Shown here in pieces: positions 1 through 9,544 of a stretch of 45,778 bases of DNA. The stretch is taken from positions 1 through 45,778 of the forward strand of contig JAYUGC010000193.1 in assembly GCA_043767805.1 (NCBI GenBank), given 5' to 3'. The position numbers and the translations under genes are program-made. Under the pieces are notes generated by a model that saw nothing but the letters and a program-made list of their open reading frames with translations, was not told the origin of the DNA and made no database searches. How positions within the stretch are numbered: position 1 is the first letter of the stretch; every line of letters starts with the position of its first letter. Source of the DNA: Pseudomonadota bacterium (lineage in GTDB: Bacteria; Bdellovibrionota; FAC87; UBA2466).

Positions 1-135
1 GATTATTGGGTGGCCACTGGCGCTCAGCCGTCCGAGTCTTTGAAGAATCGGCTTAAGGCGTGGCGGAAACAAAACCCCACTGCCCCGGTTCAGACGACCG
101 CCCCCGCGGATAAGAAAAAAGCCAAGGAAGCGTAA
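1..135 (+). CDS. rpsP: 30S ribosomal protein S16, 3' end (5' truncated by window edge)
   Basis: Frame 1 reads DYWVATGAQPSESLKNRLK...KEA-stop(133-135). YWxxxGAQPS is the S16 C-terminal motif, and the gene precedes khpA-rimM-trmD. Confidence 0.9.
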   Translation, partial: DYWVATGAQPSESLKNRLKAWRKQNPTAPVQTTAPADKKKAKEA

Positions 136-186
136 TCCACGCCGCCCTGGTTTTTTGCAGCTTTTGTCACACAGAAGGAGAGGGTT

Positions 187-426
187 GTGGAAGAACTCAG
201 AAATTTAGTCGAAGTGATGGCGAAAGCCCTAGTCGACTTCCCTGATCGAGTGACGGTTGCTGAAGTGGAAGGCGAGCAGACCACGGTGATTGAGCTCAAG
301 GTTGCCAAAGAGGACCTCGGCAAGATCATTGGCAAAGAAGGTCGCACGGCTCGCTCGTTGAGAACGATTCTCGCGGCCGTATCGACTAAGCTTCGCAAGC
401 GGTCGGTACTCGAAATCCTCGAGTAG
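187..426 (+). CDS. khpA: KH-domain RNA-binding protein KhpA
   Basis: 79 aa, [17 protein letters not shown]xxG KH motif, AGGAG RBS at 176-180, canonical rpsP-khpA-rimM position. Confidence 0.93.
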   Translation: MEELRNLVEVMAKALVDFPDRVTVAEVEGEQTTVIELKVAKEDLGKIIGKEGRTARSLRTILAAVSTKLRKRSVLEILE

Positions 427-539
427 CGTCCCTTCCCTTAGCCTAATTTTCAGCCTCGGCTAATTCATCCCGTAGGTCTGCGCTTTTTGGGCGGACTCAT
501 CTAGTATTTCTCCTGGCTTTTGAAGTACACGTTGGTCGC

Positions 540-1055
540 ATGAATCTGGTTCGCGTTGGAAAGATAGGGCGTCCCCACAGCTTTAAGGGCATGTTCGTGG
601 TCCAGGACCACAGTGGGGAAGAGTCCGTGCTCAAAGGCGCGAAGCTCGTCTGGATAGGCGCGACCCCCGAGACCGCCGAGTCCTTTTCCGTCGAAAGCGT
701 GAAATGGGCCGGCCAAGGCTGGCTGCTTAAGCTCAAAGGGGTCGACTCAGACGTTTGGGTAAAAGCCAAAGTGCACCAGCTCCTTTTTCTCGATAAAGAG
801 GCCTTTCCTAAGCCTCCCGGGGGCGAGTACTACGTGGCCGATCTCATCGGCTTTGCCGTGATAGACGCCGAAAGCAACGAGACCATCGGCACCTTCATTG
901 GATCCGAGTCGCTTCCGCCCGGCATGGGCCCCGACCGTTGGTGGTTCAAAATCGGCGATAGAGAGCTCGCCGTCCCGGCCATCGCGAGCTTCGTGGAAGC
1001 CGTCGACACGGCCGCCCGCGCCATTACCGTGCGCGGGCTGAAGGACATGCCTTGA
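540..1055 (+). CDS. rimM: 16S rRNA processing protein RimM
   Basis: VGKIGRPHSFKG N-terminus, GEYYVADLIG PRC-barrel motif, directly upstream of trmD. Confidence 0.92.
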   Translation: MNLVRVGKIGRPHSFKGMFVVQDHSGEESVLKGAKLVWIGATPETAESFSVESVKWAGQGWLLKLKGVDSDVWVKAKVHQLLFLDKEAFPKPPGGEYYVADLIGFAVIDAESNETIGTFIGSESLPPGMGPDRWWFKIGDRELAVPAIASFVEAVDTAARAITVRGLKDMP

Positions 1056-1771
1056 TTCAGTTTCACTTCATCACGCTATTTCCGGAGACCATCGAGGTCT
1101 GGCTCAATACGAGCATTCCCGGACGAGCGCGCGAAGCCGGGCTCTTTGATTTCTCGACTCTGCAACTCAGAGATTTCGCCAAAGACACGCACCGTACTGT
1201 AGACGACGTCGCCTACGGCGGGGGCGGCGGTATGGTTCTGAAAATCGAGCCGCTCGCCGACGCGGTGGAATCCTTGTGGACAAAGCACGGCCGCGAAAAC
1301 TGCCATACGATTTACTTTTCTCCCGCGGGAAAACGGCTGAATCAGCCTCTGCTCGACGAGCTTCACCCCGCGCGAGGAAGAAAGAGCCACTTCATTTTGA
1401 TTTGCGGCCATTACGAAGGGGTCGACGAGCGCTTCATCGAGACGTGGGTAGATACCGAGGTCTCCCTCGGCGATTTCGTCGTGACCGGAGGGGAATTGCC
1501 CGCCCTTTGCCTGACCGACGCGCTCATTCGCCAGCAAGACGGCGTGCTGGGGTATGAGGACGCTTCCAAGGAAGAATCCTTCCGATTGAAAGCGCCCGAA
1601 ACGGCGACACCGCTCCTCGAATATCCGCAGTACACGCGTCCCGCGGAGTTCCGCGGTCAAAAAGTTCCCGACGTTCTCCTCAGCGGCAATCATGAGAAGG
1701 TCCGGCAGTGGCGCCTCGATCAGGCTCGCCAGCGCACTCGCCTTCGCCGGCCAGACCTCCTTCCGCGCTGA
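1052..1771 (+). CDS. trmD: tRNA (guanine37-N1)-methyltransferase
   Basis: ITLFPE, VDDVAYGGGGGMVL, CGHYEGVDER, SLGDFVVTGGE, LEYPQYTRP and LLSGNH motifs. Confidence 0.98.
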   Translation: MIQFHFITLFPETIEVWLNTSIPGRAREAGLFDFSTLQLRDFAKDTHRTVDDVAYGGGGGMVLKIEPLADAVESLWTKHGRENCHTIYFSPAGKRLNQPLLDELHPARGRKSHFILICGHYEGVDERFIETWVDTEVSLGDFVVTGGELPALCLTDALIRQQDGVLGYEDASKEESFRLKAPETATPLLEYPQYTRPAEFRGQKVPDVLLSGNHEKVRQWRLDQARQRTRLRRPDLLPR

Positions 1772-1811
1772 GTTTCCTATCTCCGCGTGTCCGCGCTATG
1801 CTGTGAAGGGC

Positions 1812-2222
1812 GTGCTCAAAGCTCTCGTTATTCCGATTCCCTCGAGACCATCGCCTCCGCTTTGCGAAAGCGGGCAAGCGCGAAGGCCTCCGCCGGGCGC
1901 GGGAGACACCGCCGACGATGCCCTTTTTGAAAAGCGGATTCGCTTTGGCGAGAGGGACTCGAACTCGGGCTTCATCATCACGAACCTGAGCCTTCAGCCC
2001 GACGAGGGCTTTCTCTCCGGAGTCAGAACGAGGTTGCGCGCCCTGTCCGCCCCTCCCCGCTCGAAATCGGCGCGCGAGGACGCGGACTCCACGTGGATGA
2101 GGCTTCACTACACTTTGGAGAGCGTGACCGCCTCCTCCCAGGAAACCCTTCTCGGCCACCTCGCCTTGCTCCACACCAACGCTTGCGGCGTCAACATGGG
2201 AAAGGTGAAGGGGGATCGGTGA
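1812..2222 (+). CDS. hypothetical protein (uncertain)
   Basis: Open frame filling the trmD-hppD gap. TATGCT -10-like hexamer at 1797-1802 precedes GTG starts at 1803 and 1812. No recognisable domain. Confidence 0.35.
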   Translation: MLKALVIPIPSRPSPPLCESGQARRPPPGAGDTADDALFEKRIRFGERDSNSGFIITNLSLQPDEGFLSGVRTRLRALSAPPRSKSAREDADSTWMRLHYTLESVTASSQETLLGHLALLHTNACGVNMGKVKGDR

Positions 2223-2224
2223 TT

Positions 2225-2252
2225 TTGACAAACCGGACACCGGCGCCATAAT
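2225..2252 (+). promoter_or_regulatory. sigma70-type promoter of hppD (near-leaderless)
   Basis: TTGACA(2225-2230)-16 nt-CATAAT(2247-2252), ATG at 2262, no SD sequence. Confidence 0.7.
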
Positions 2253-2261
2253 CGAAAACCC

Positions 2262-3326
2262 ATGAGCACTTACGACGCCCTTAAAATCCTGGACTTCGAT
2301 CACCTGGAGTTCGCCGTCGCCGATCTCGATCGGGCTGGCCAGCTCTACCAGCGACTGGGCTTTCAGAAGGTGGGGAGCCGAGAGCTCCGCGAAAGGCAGC
2401 TGAAGTCTCACCTCTTCGTGCAAGGCAATGTCCGTATCGTTCTGAGTCAATGCGCGGACACCAAAGATCCCGTCTTTCAGTTCGTGAAAACTCATGGCGA
2501 CGGGGTCATCAGCGTCGCTTTTTTGTGCGAGGACGCCGTCTCGGCGCTGGAAATCGCCACGAACCGGGGCGCGGAAGTCGTGACCCCGCCCAAAGCGTTT
2601 CAAAGAGATTTCGGAGAAGTCCAATCCGCCTCGATCAAAGCTTTTGGCGACGTCCAGCACACCTTTCTATCGAGAAAAGGAGCGCTCTTTGCGGAAGGCT
2701 TCGAAGGCCCCTGCCAAACGGGCACCCCTGGGTTCGGCTTCACGCGCATCGACCACATCACGAACAATCTCGAAAAAGGAAAACTCGATGTCTGGGTCGA
2801 GTACTACGAGAAGATTTTCGGCCTCAAAAACGTCCGCTTCTTCGATATTCATACGCAGCGAACGGGCCTTTATTCGAAAGTCATGCAGAGCCCGGACGGA
2901 GTCATCAAGCTGCCTCTGAACGAGCCCATCGAAGACACGTCGCAGATTCAAGAGTTCATCGACATCAACCATGGACCCGGCGTGCAGCACGTGGCTTTGG
3001 CGACCCAAGACATCGTTGGCACCTTACGGATGCTCCGTAAGGAATGCCTGAAGTTCCTGGAAGTGCCGGCGACCTATTACGAACAGATTCCTAAACGCAT
3101 TCCCAATGTGACCGAGAACCTTGCCGAGCTCCAAGAACTAGGCATCCTGGTGGACGGAAGCGAGAAAGGTTATCTGCTGCAGATTTTCTCCGAGAACGTC
3201 GTGGGGCCGTTCTTCTTTGAAGTCATTCAACGCAAAGGCGACGAAGGTTTTGGCGAAGGCAACTTCACCGCGCTTTTTGAAGCCATTGAGCGGGACCAGA
3301 TCCGCCGCGGCGTTTTGAAAGCCTAG
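2262..3326 (+). CDS. hppD: 4-hydroxyphenylpyruvate dioxygenase
   Basis: FDHLEFAV, HGDGV, IDHITNN, SQIQEF, GPGVQHVAL, YLLQIF and FFEVIQRKGDEGFGEGNF signatures. Confidence 0.97.
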   Translation: MSTYDALKILDFDHLEFAVADLDRAGQLYQRLGFQKVGSRELRERQLKSHLFVQGNVRIVLSQCADTKDPVFQFVKTHGDGVISVAFLCEDAVSALEIATNRGAEVVTPPKAFQRDFGEVQSASIKAFGDVQHTFLSRKGALFAEGFEGPCQTGTPGFGFTRIDHITNNLEKGKLDVWVEYYEKIFGLKNVRFFDIHTQRTGLYSKVMQSPDGVIKLPLNEPIEDTSQIQEFIDINHGPGVQHVALATQDIVGTLRMLRKECLKFLEVPATYYEQIPKRIPNVTENLAELQELGILVDGSEKGYLLQIFSENVVGPFFFEVIQRKGDEGFGEGNFTALFEAIERDQIRRGVLKA

Positions 3327-3751
3327 TCGTACTCTTTCACCGAAACCTGCAGCGACATCCTTAAAGGAATCTCCTGCCCGGGAACCCAATCGGAGGCTTT
3401 GATTTTCGTTTGGCCCACGACGACGGGGTAACTCCGAGGAATGCCTTGGGCGTTCCGATCCCAAACCTTTGCCTTAATCTCGATGGAAGCGTCTCCCGCG
3501 GGAGGTTCCCAGTCGTCCAAAGAAAGATTTTTCCAAGCGAGCGGCCCGGCGGCGATTCGGCGCTCGGCCGAGCCATTTGAAACCGTGATTTCCAGCTGAA
3601 TCACCCGCGCTAGAAACCGCTCCCATCTAGCCCCTGGCTCTTTCAGGGTCTGTGGAAATCGAAGCCGTACCTGAGCCGACCCTGGCTCTTTGGAGGCTTC
3701 CTGGCAGCTGCTTATAAGGGCGAGAACGAGGAAAAGAAGAACGCGGCTCAT
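3323..3751 (-). CDS. hypothetical lipoprotein
   Basis: From ATG 3751: MSRVLLFLVLALISS-C lipobox-like signal followed by a beta-rich domain. Confidence 0.7.
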   Translation of the reverse strand: MSRVLLFLVLALISSCQEASKEPGSAQVRLRFPQTLKEPGARWERFLARVIQLEITVSNGSAERRIAAGPLAWKNLSLDDWEPPAGDASIEIKAKVWDRNAQGIPRSYPVVVGQTKIKASDWVPGQEIPLRMSLQVSVKEYD

Positions 3752-3846
3752 GGGAGGCCGAGCGAGCAAGGCGTGGACCAAGCCACGAGGCTCAGACTTC
3801 CTGAGCTCGGAGCCGGGAGCCGGTTCCCCTCGACCGAAACCTGGCC

Positions 3847-4494
3847 TCAGGTCGTGGAGAACTCGCCGCTCGGCGGAATCGGGAGCGGAGTCACCTTGAG
3901 AAGGTGGGGTTTCGGCTCGGGGAAATGCTGGGCCCGAATCTCGCCGTAGCGGAGTCTCAGGGCGTAGGGCCCCCCTCTTAGGAACTCGTAGGTTTCAGGG
4001 CACGAGGTTATCGCGAGGAAACGGTCGGTGAGCTCGCTTACCTTTCGGTCAAACTCGCGGGGGTTACCGTGGAGAGGCGAGCGTCCTTTGAAGCGCCTCA
4101 GGTCTCCATTGAAAGACGGATCGATATGGAAGAGCTCGTGGACCACCGTCTCGACTTTCTGCCTGAGAGAAAGCCCGAAGAACCGAGGGAGCATGAAATA
4201 CATGTAATAGAGGAACTCCCGCCCCTCGTGCTCCTGAGCCGGCATGGCCCAGTGATAGAGACTTTGGCCTTCCCGCTTTAATTCGACCGGCACGCCGTTG
4301 CGGTAACGGAGGGGCACCACATAGGCCAAAACTCCCCCGCGGTTTCGGGAGCGATTAAAAGAAGCACTGACTCTTATGCGCATCGCGTCTACCGACCGGA
4401 ATTCGCCCAAATGGGACGTAATCTCACCGATTAACTGCGTCATCCGTACATTGAAATCGAGGCCTTCCGTCATCGCTTGTGGTGAGTTAATCAT
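3847..4494 (-). CDS. putative zinc metallopeptidase (phage metallopeptidase-like, HExxH)
   Basis: VETVVHELFHI HExxH motif preceded by YMYFMLPRFF and followed by FNGDLRRF. Confidence 0.7.
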   Translation of the reverse strand: MINSPQAMTEGLDFNVRMTQLIGEITSHLGEFRSVDAMRIRVSASFNRSRNRGGVLAYVVPLRYRNGVPVELKREGQSLYHWAMPAQEHEGREFLYYMYFMLPRFFGLSLRQKVETVVHELFHIDPSFNGDLRRFKGRSPLHGNPREFDRKVSELTDRFLAITSCPETYEFLRGGPYALRLRYGEIRAQHFPEPKPHLLKVTPLPIPPSGEFSTT

Positions 4495-4664
4495 GCCTGA
4501 AAGGCCATGCCCATGGCCTCTGACAACGATGTTAACCTCCGAAAATGGTTTGCCAAACCCCGAAAAAATGACGTTGACACGGGTGGTGCCTCATAGGAAA
4601 AGAGGGGGTCCCGAAATCCCTCGGTAGCATAAGTTCAAAACGGTTTTATCGGAGAGTTTGGTAA

Positions 4665-6578
4665 ATGTCTTTTGAAAATCAGGGAGTTGGAGAGCAAGTG
4701 GTGACGCCAGCTAAGAATCGTCCAGTGGCTAAAGAGAGTTCCAGAAAAGGGCTTCTCAGCCCCAAGCCAAAGTTTGCTTTGGCCGACCTCCCCGAGCTTC
4801 CTGAAAAAGATGACAATCTAGACACGGGAATGGGTGCCCTTAAAGAAAATGGCATGACGTTCACGGAGCTTCTGGAGACCAGCTCCAAGGGCGCGAAGTT
4901 CGCCGAAGGCGAAGTCGTCGAAGGTCACGTCGTGAGCGTTGACTCCGACTACATCACCATCGACATCGGATACAAATCCGAAGGTCAGGTTTACGCCTCT
5001 GAGTTTTACGACAACACCGGCAAGCTCACCATCGAAGCCGGTGACGCCGTTCTCGTCTACATCGAGAAAATCGAGGACGACGAAGGCCGCTTGATTCTCT
5101 CCAAGGAAAAGGCGGACGTCCTCCGCGCTTGGGACGAGATCAGCGAAGCCTGTGAAAAAGACGAGCTCGTCGAAGGTACGGTCGTCGCGAAGGTCAAGGG
5201 TGGTCTCTCCGTCGATATCGGCGTGAAGGCGTTCCTCCCCGGCTCGCAAGTCGACCTCCGCCCCACGAAGAACCTCGACCAGTTCATCGGCAAGACTTTC
5301 AAGTTCAAGATCATCAAGTTCAACAAGAAGCGGGGCAACATCGTGCTCTCCCGCCGCCTTCTCCTCATGGAAGAGCGCGCGCGCCTCAAGGAACAAACCC
5401 TCTCCAAGATCGAAGAGGGAATGGTCACCGAAGGTATCATCAAGAACCTCACCGAGTACGGTGCGTTCATCGACCTGGGCGGCCTCGATGGTCTTCTCCA
5501 CATCACCGACATGTCTTGGGGACGCATCAAGCATCCTTCCGAGCTGTTTCACGTCGGCGACAAGATTGAAGTCAAAATTCTCAAGTACGACGAAGAAAAA
5601 GAACGCGTCAGCTTGGGCTACAAGCAGCTTCAGAACGATCCCTGGAACACCGTGGAAGAACGTTACACGGTCGGCCAGCGCGTGAAGGGCAAAGTCGTGA
5701 GCCTTACGGATTACGGCGCCTTCATCGAGCTCGAGCCGGGCATCGAAGGCCTCGTGCATGTTTCCGAGATGTCTTGGACCCAACGGGTTAAGCATCCGTC
5801 CAAGCTCGTGAACGAGAAGGACGTCGTCGAAGCCGTCGTGCTCGATGTGGATACGGCGAACCGCCGCATCTCTCTCGGCATGAAGCAGATCGAGCCGAAT
5901 CCTTGGGACCTCCTCGCGGAGAAGTATCCCGTCGGCACGAAGATCAAGGGCGTGGTCAAGAACACCACGGACTTCGGTATCTTCGTCGGAGTTCCGGAAG
6001 GCATCGACGGCTTAGTTCACATCAGCGACATGAGCTGGGAAAACAAGAACATCGATCCCAACACGGCTTTCAAGAAGGGCGACGAGCTCGAGTGCGTCGT
6101 TCTCTCCATCGACAAAGAAAACGAGAAGTTCAGCTTGGGTATCAAGCAGCTTAGCGAAGATCCTTGGAAAGCGGTCGCCGATCGCTTCCCCGCGGGTAAA
6201 ACGGTCAAGGGTAAGGTCACCAAGATTGCCGATTTCGGTCTCTTCTTAGAGGTCGAGCCGGGCGTCGAAGGCCTCCTCCATGTGTCCGAGCTTTTGGGAG
6301 ATGCCAAGCCGAAGGATCGCCTGAAAGAAGTGAAAGAAGGCGACGAGTTCGAATGCCTCATCACCGCGGTCGACATGAAAGAGCGCAAGCTGGCCCTTTC
6401 CGTGAAAGCGCTTCACCGCGCCGAAGAACGCGAAAGCATCAAGCAGTACGCGAAGAAGCAGAAGGACAGCTCCAAAGCTTCCTTGGGCGATCTTCTCGAC
6501 GCGGCCATGGCCGAGAAGCTCAAAGCCGCCATCGCGGACAAGGGCGAATCGGACGAAGGCGACAGCGACAAAGAATAA
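4665..6578 (+). CDS. rpsA: 30S ribosomal protein S1
   Basis: DIGYKSEG, AFLPGSQVD, six S1 repeats (YGAFIDLGGLDGLLHITDMSW etc.), strongly biased codon usage. Confidence 0.98.
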   Translation: MSFENQGVGEQVVTPAKNRPVAKESSRKGLLSPKPKFALADLPELPEKDDNLDTGMGALKENGMTFTELLETSSKGAKFAEGEVVEGHVVSVDSDYITIDIGYKSEGQVYASEFYDNTGKLTIEAGDAVLVYIEKIEDDEGRLILSKEKADVLRAWDEISEACEKDELVEGTVVAKVKGGLSVDIGVKAFLPGSQVDLRPTKNLDQFIGKTFKFKIIKFNKKRGNIVLSRRLLLMEERARLKEQTLSKIEEGMVTEGIIKNLTEYGAFIDLGGLDGLLHITDMSWGRIKHPSELFHVGDKIEVKILKYDEEKERVSLGYKQLQNDPWNTVEERYTVGQRVKGKVVSLTDYGAFIELEPGIEGLVHVSEMSWTQRVKHPSKLVNEKDVVEAVVLDVDTANRRISLGMKQIEPNPWDLLAEKYPVGTKIKGVVKNTTDFGIFVGVPEGIDGLVHISDMSWENKNIDPNTAFKKGDELECVVLSIDKENEKFSLGIKQLSEDPWKAVADRFPAGKTVKGKVTKIADFGLFLEVEPGVEGLLHVSELLGDAKPKDRLKEVKEGDEFECLITAVDMKERKLALSVKALHRAEERESIKQYAKKQKDSSKASLGDLLDAAMAEKLKAAIADKGESDEGDSDKE

Positions 6579-7493
6579 ATGAAGGGACTACTCAAGGTCC
6601 TTGGGGCAACGGTACTCGTCTTCCTCATCTTGGTGGTACTCACCGGTACGGTGACCTTCATCAAGAAGGTGTGGTTTGGCGGTAAATCTACCGGCGCCCA
6701 TATTGCGGTCCTCGACATTTCGGGGATGCTGACGCAGTCGCGGCCCAAGATCAAAGAGCTCGAAGCGCTTCTCGAGAACTCGGGAACGAAAGCCATCGTG
6801 GTGCGAGTCAATTCGCCCGGCGGGCTGGTCGCTCCCTCTCAAGAGCTCTACAACGCCATTCGGCGTGCGGATGAGAAGGTTCCGGTAGTTATTTCCATGG
6901 GGCCGCTCGCGGCCAGTGGCGGTTACTACCTCTCTCTCGGCGCGCGTAAGATCGTCGCCAATCCGGGAACGCTCACGGCCAGCATCGGCGTCATTATTGA
7001 GCTCGTGAATACAAAGAAGCTCTTCGAGTGGGCCAAGGTCGAGCGTTTCGCCATCACCAGCGGAAAGTTCAAAGCCACCGGCTCTCCTTTCAAGCCGATG
7101 ACAGCGGAAGAGCGGGAACTGCTCACCAAGATGGTTCTCGATATCTATGCGCAGTTCAAAGCGACCGTGAAAGAACGGCGCAAGCTTACCGATGCGGAGC
7201 TAGTGGAAACGACCGACGGACGAGTCATGACGGGCACTCAAGCCTTGCAGGCAAAACTCGTCGATCAAATCGGGGATTTGCACGACGCCGTGGAAGCGGC
7301 CCGCACGCTCGCGAAGCTTCCGGCCGATGCCGCCGTCGACTACCACGAGGCGCAATCGGGCATGGTAATGAAGCTCCTCTTCGGGGACGACAGCGAATCG
7401 GCGGACAACGTCTTGCGCGGGCTCACCGAATGGCGGAGCGAAGCGGGCTTAGTTCCCGGCTGGCGCGTTATGTTTCTTTCCGTTGTTCGTTGA
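6579..7493 (+). CDS. sppA: signal peptide peptidase SppA (S49, short type)
   Basis: N-terminal TM helix, RVNSPGG, AASGGYY, TASIGVI, SGKFK and TDGRVMTG motifs; directly abuts rpsA. Confidence 0.95.
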   Translation: MKGLLKVLGATVLVFLILVVLTGTVTFIKKVWFGGKSTGAHIAVLDISGMLTQSRPKIKELEALLENSGTKAIVVRVNSPGGLVAPSQELYNAIRRADEKVPVVISMGPLAASGGYYLSLGARKIVANPGTLTASIGVIIELVNTKKLFEWAKVERFAITSGKFKATGSPFKPMTAEERELLTKMVLDIYAQFKATVKERRKLTDAELVETTDGRVMTGTQALQAKLVDQIGDLHDAVEAARTLAKLPADAAVDYHEAQSGMVMKLLFGDDSESADNVLRGLTEWRSEAGLVPGWRVMFLSVVR

Positions 7494-8432
7494 GGCGACT
7501 TCGAACTCTTTCTCGTTCAGCGGCATCACAAACACGCGCAGCGCATTGCCGTGGAGAACGAGTGGCCATCCGTCTTTCGGGAAAATGGTTCGTACGGCGT
7601 CGACGGCCGGGTTCAGTACCGTCTTGGGCCAATGAGAGCCGAAGAGAACCTTGTTCGAAAATTTGGCGAAAGGCCTGAGGAGCTCCTGGATTTTTTGAGA
7701 GGTTTCCGAAGCGCTCTTCACTCCCGCATAAGGATCGACCACGACGGAAGTGTCGGTGTACACGTTCGGGTACTTCTCAATCTGCCGTAGCGCGTCCGTG
7801 TAGTAGGGGGCGCCCAACGCCGCCAGAACGAAATTCACCGACGGATAGCGTGCGAAAAGCGGTTCCCAATTCGGGTTCGATCCGCCCGCGCCGAGACTAT
7901 CGAGGACCACGGGCACGTGATGGCGGTTTGCCAAAGCAGCGAGCGTATCGGCGGACGATCGAGACGTTCCACTCATCCAAACGCAGCGGTAGCTCCTCTT
8001 CTCGAGCCCCTGAGCGAGCGCCTTTTGCGCGCCCGGCGTTTCGCCCGAGCCGCACATCGTCAGCTTCACGTTAAACTTAGGATCGATGCGCGGAACGAAT
8101 CGCATCTGCCCCGGCATCACGACCGCGCCGAGAACGTTCGCGCCTTTGAAGGCGAGCTCCATTCCCCAACTCGGCTGCTGGCCGGCATCGTCGAAGGCAT
8201 TTTCGAAATTGGCGTAGGCGTCGATGATCGGAGGCATGAGCTCGACTTCAGCCAGATCGCGGCTTCCCTGAGTCAGGACCTCACCCAGCCCCGCCACGCC
8301 ACGCAAGCCCAGGGAGCTGCGATAGCAGCCTCCAAGCAGAAGTACCGCGGCGATAGATAGGGACCTAAGCCTCAAAACAAAAGCCTCCAGATGAGGGACA
8401 TATTCCCCCGTCTCCTTATCGGCCTTCTCCAT
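7449..8432 (-). CDS. amidohydrolase-fold lipoprotein with degenerate metal site
   Basis: LLLGG-C lipobox; IIDAYANF, RYPSVNFVLAALG, YPNVYTDTS, KVLFGSHWP and VLHGNALRVF match the Amidohydro_2 scaffold. Confidence 0.8.
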   Translation of the reverse strand: MEKADKETGEYVPHLEAFVLRLRSLSIAAVLLLGGCYRSSLGLRGVAGLGEVLTQGSRDLAEVELMPPIIDAYANFENAFDDAGQQPSWGMELAFKGANVLGAVVMPGQMRFVPRIDPKFNVKLTMCGSGETPGAQKALAQGLEKRSYRCVWMSGTSRSSADTLAALANRHHVPVVLDSLGAGGSNPNWEPLFARYPSVNFVLAALGAPYYTDALRQIEKYPNVYTDTSVVVDPYAGVKSASETSQKIQELLRPFAKFSNKVLFGSHWPKTVLNPAVDAVRTIFPKDGWPLVLHGNALRVFVMPLNEKEFEVASTNNGKKHNAPAGN

Positions 8433-8440
8433 GAAGTTAG

Positions 8441-9421
8441 TTAATTTGGGACTGGCGGAAGCTCGGAGGAATCGCCTTCGGGGGCGGTTTTAGGCTCGGA
8501 CGGGGCGTCATCCGAGGCAGGGGGCGGTGCGATAATAGACGTAGGCTCTTCCCCATCGGGAATGTCGACGGCGCCCTCATCCGCATCGCCCAAAGGCTCC
8601 GCCGGCGCCTCGCCTTCGCCCTCTTTACCCACGGCGGGACCCTCAGTCCCCCAGAGCGCATCGGAGAGTCCCTGGTTCATTGCCGCCTCGTCGATGTAAC
8701 CCAGCCGGAACATGGTCTCGATGATGTGGCTCACCCGTTTTTTGGCCCACGGGGTCAGGGTCTTCGCTTTGAAATTGGCGTGGTACCTGCGCGGCGACGG
8801 AAGCAGCATGGTGAGAAACGCGGACTCTCGCACCGAGAGCCGCGCGGGCACGACGCCGAAGTAATACGTCGAGGCCTGGCCGATTCCGTAGATGCCCGGC
8901 CCGAGCTCCACCATGTTCAAATAAAAACAAAGTATCTCGGACTTAGTGAACTCCTTCTCGAGCTCCGACGCCCAAAGAAACTCACGAAGCTTCCGCCACA
9001 AACTCTTCTCGCTGGAGAGAAAGGCGTTCTTGATCACCTGCTGAGTAATGGTGCTGGCGCCCCTCGCCCAGCGCTTCTCGCGAATGTCTTTTTTTATGGC
9101 CTCTTGCAGCTCGTGCAGATCGACGCCGTTATGGGAGTAGAAAGTCGTGTCTTCCGACGAGATGACGGCCAAAAGCACCGAGTCCGCGATGAGCTCGAGT
9201 GGCACCCAGCCGGGCGCTTTCGGCCCCACCTGCCGCTTCGCCTCCTTGCCACTGGCCAGTTTAACGTCCATCTCTACCAAAGAGCGCATTTGCGCGAAGT
9301 TCGGGATGTGGAATTTCAGGTAAAGGACGAGCCCGCCCAAAAAAGCGGTACCCGCGACGATCGCGACGATAGCTACGACCAAGAGGGTCTTTCTTTTGCC
9401 GTCGTTCATAGGTGTGGGCAC
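8441..9421 (-). CDS. mtgA: monofunctional biosynthetic peptidoglycan transglycosylase (GT51)
   Basis: EDTTFYSHNGVD, GASTITQQVIKN, RKLRE, ILCFYLN and LPSP motifs; N-terminal TM; no transpeptidase domain; acidic tail. Confidence 0.9.
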   Translation of the reverse strand: MPTPMNDGKRKTLLVVAIVAIVAGTAFLGGLVLYLKFHIPNFAQMRSLVEMDVKLASGKEAKRQVGPKAPGWVPLELIADSVLLAVISSEDTTFYSHNGVDLHELQEAIKKDIREKRWARGASTITQQVIKNAFLSSEKSLWRKLREFLWASELEKEFTKSEILCFYLNMVELGPGIYGIGQASTYYFGVVPARLSVRESAFLTMLLPSPRRYHANFKAKTLTPWAKKRVSHIIETMFRLGYIDEAAMNQGLSDALWGTEGPAVGKEGEGEAPAEPLGDADEGAVDIPDGEEPTSIIAPPPASDDAPSEPKTAPEGDSSELPPVPN

Positions 9422-9544
9422 AAGATTAGCCGATTCGCGGTTAAAGCCAAACTCGTTTCGGGCTGAGCCGGTTCCGGGGAGCCGACGCGGCTTTTCAATC
9501 CCCGGTGAGAGGACTAAGGTACTTTGGGTCTACCGGGGGAAGCC

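Noticed and set aside
4574..4602. rpsA sigma70 promoter from TTGACA at 4574
   Set aside because: No convincing -10 hexamer at 16-18 nt spacing
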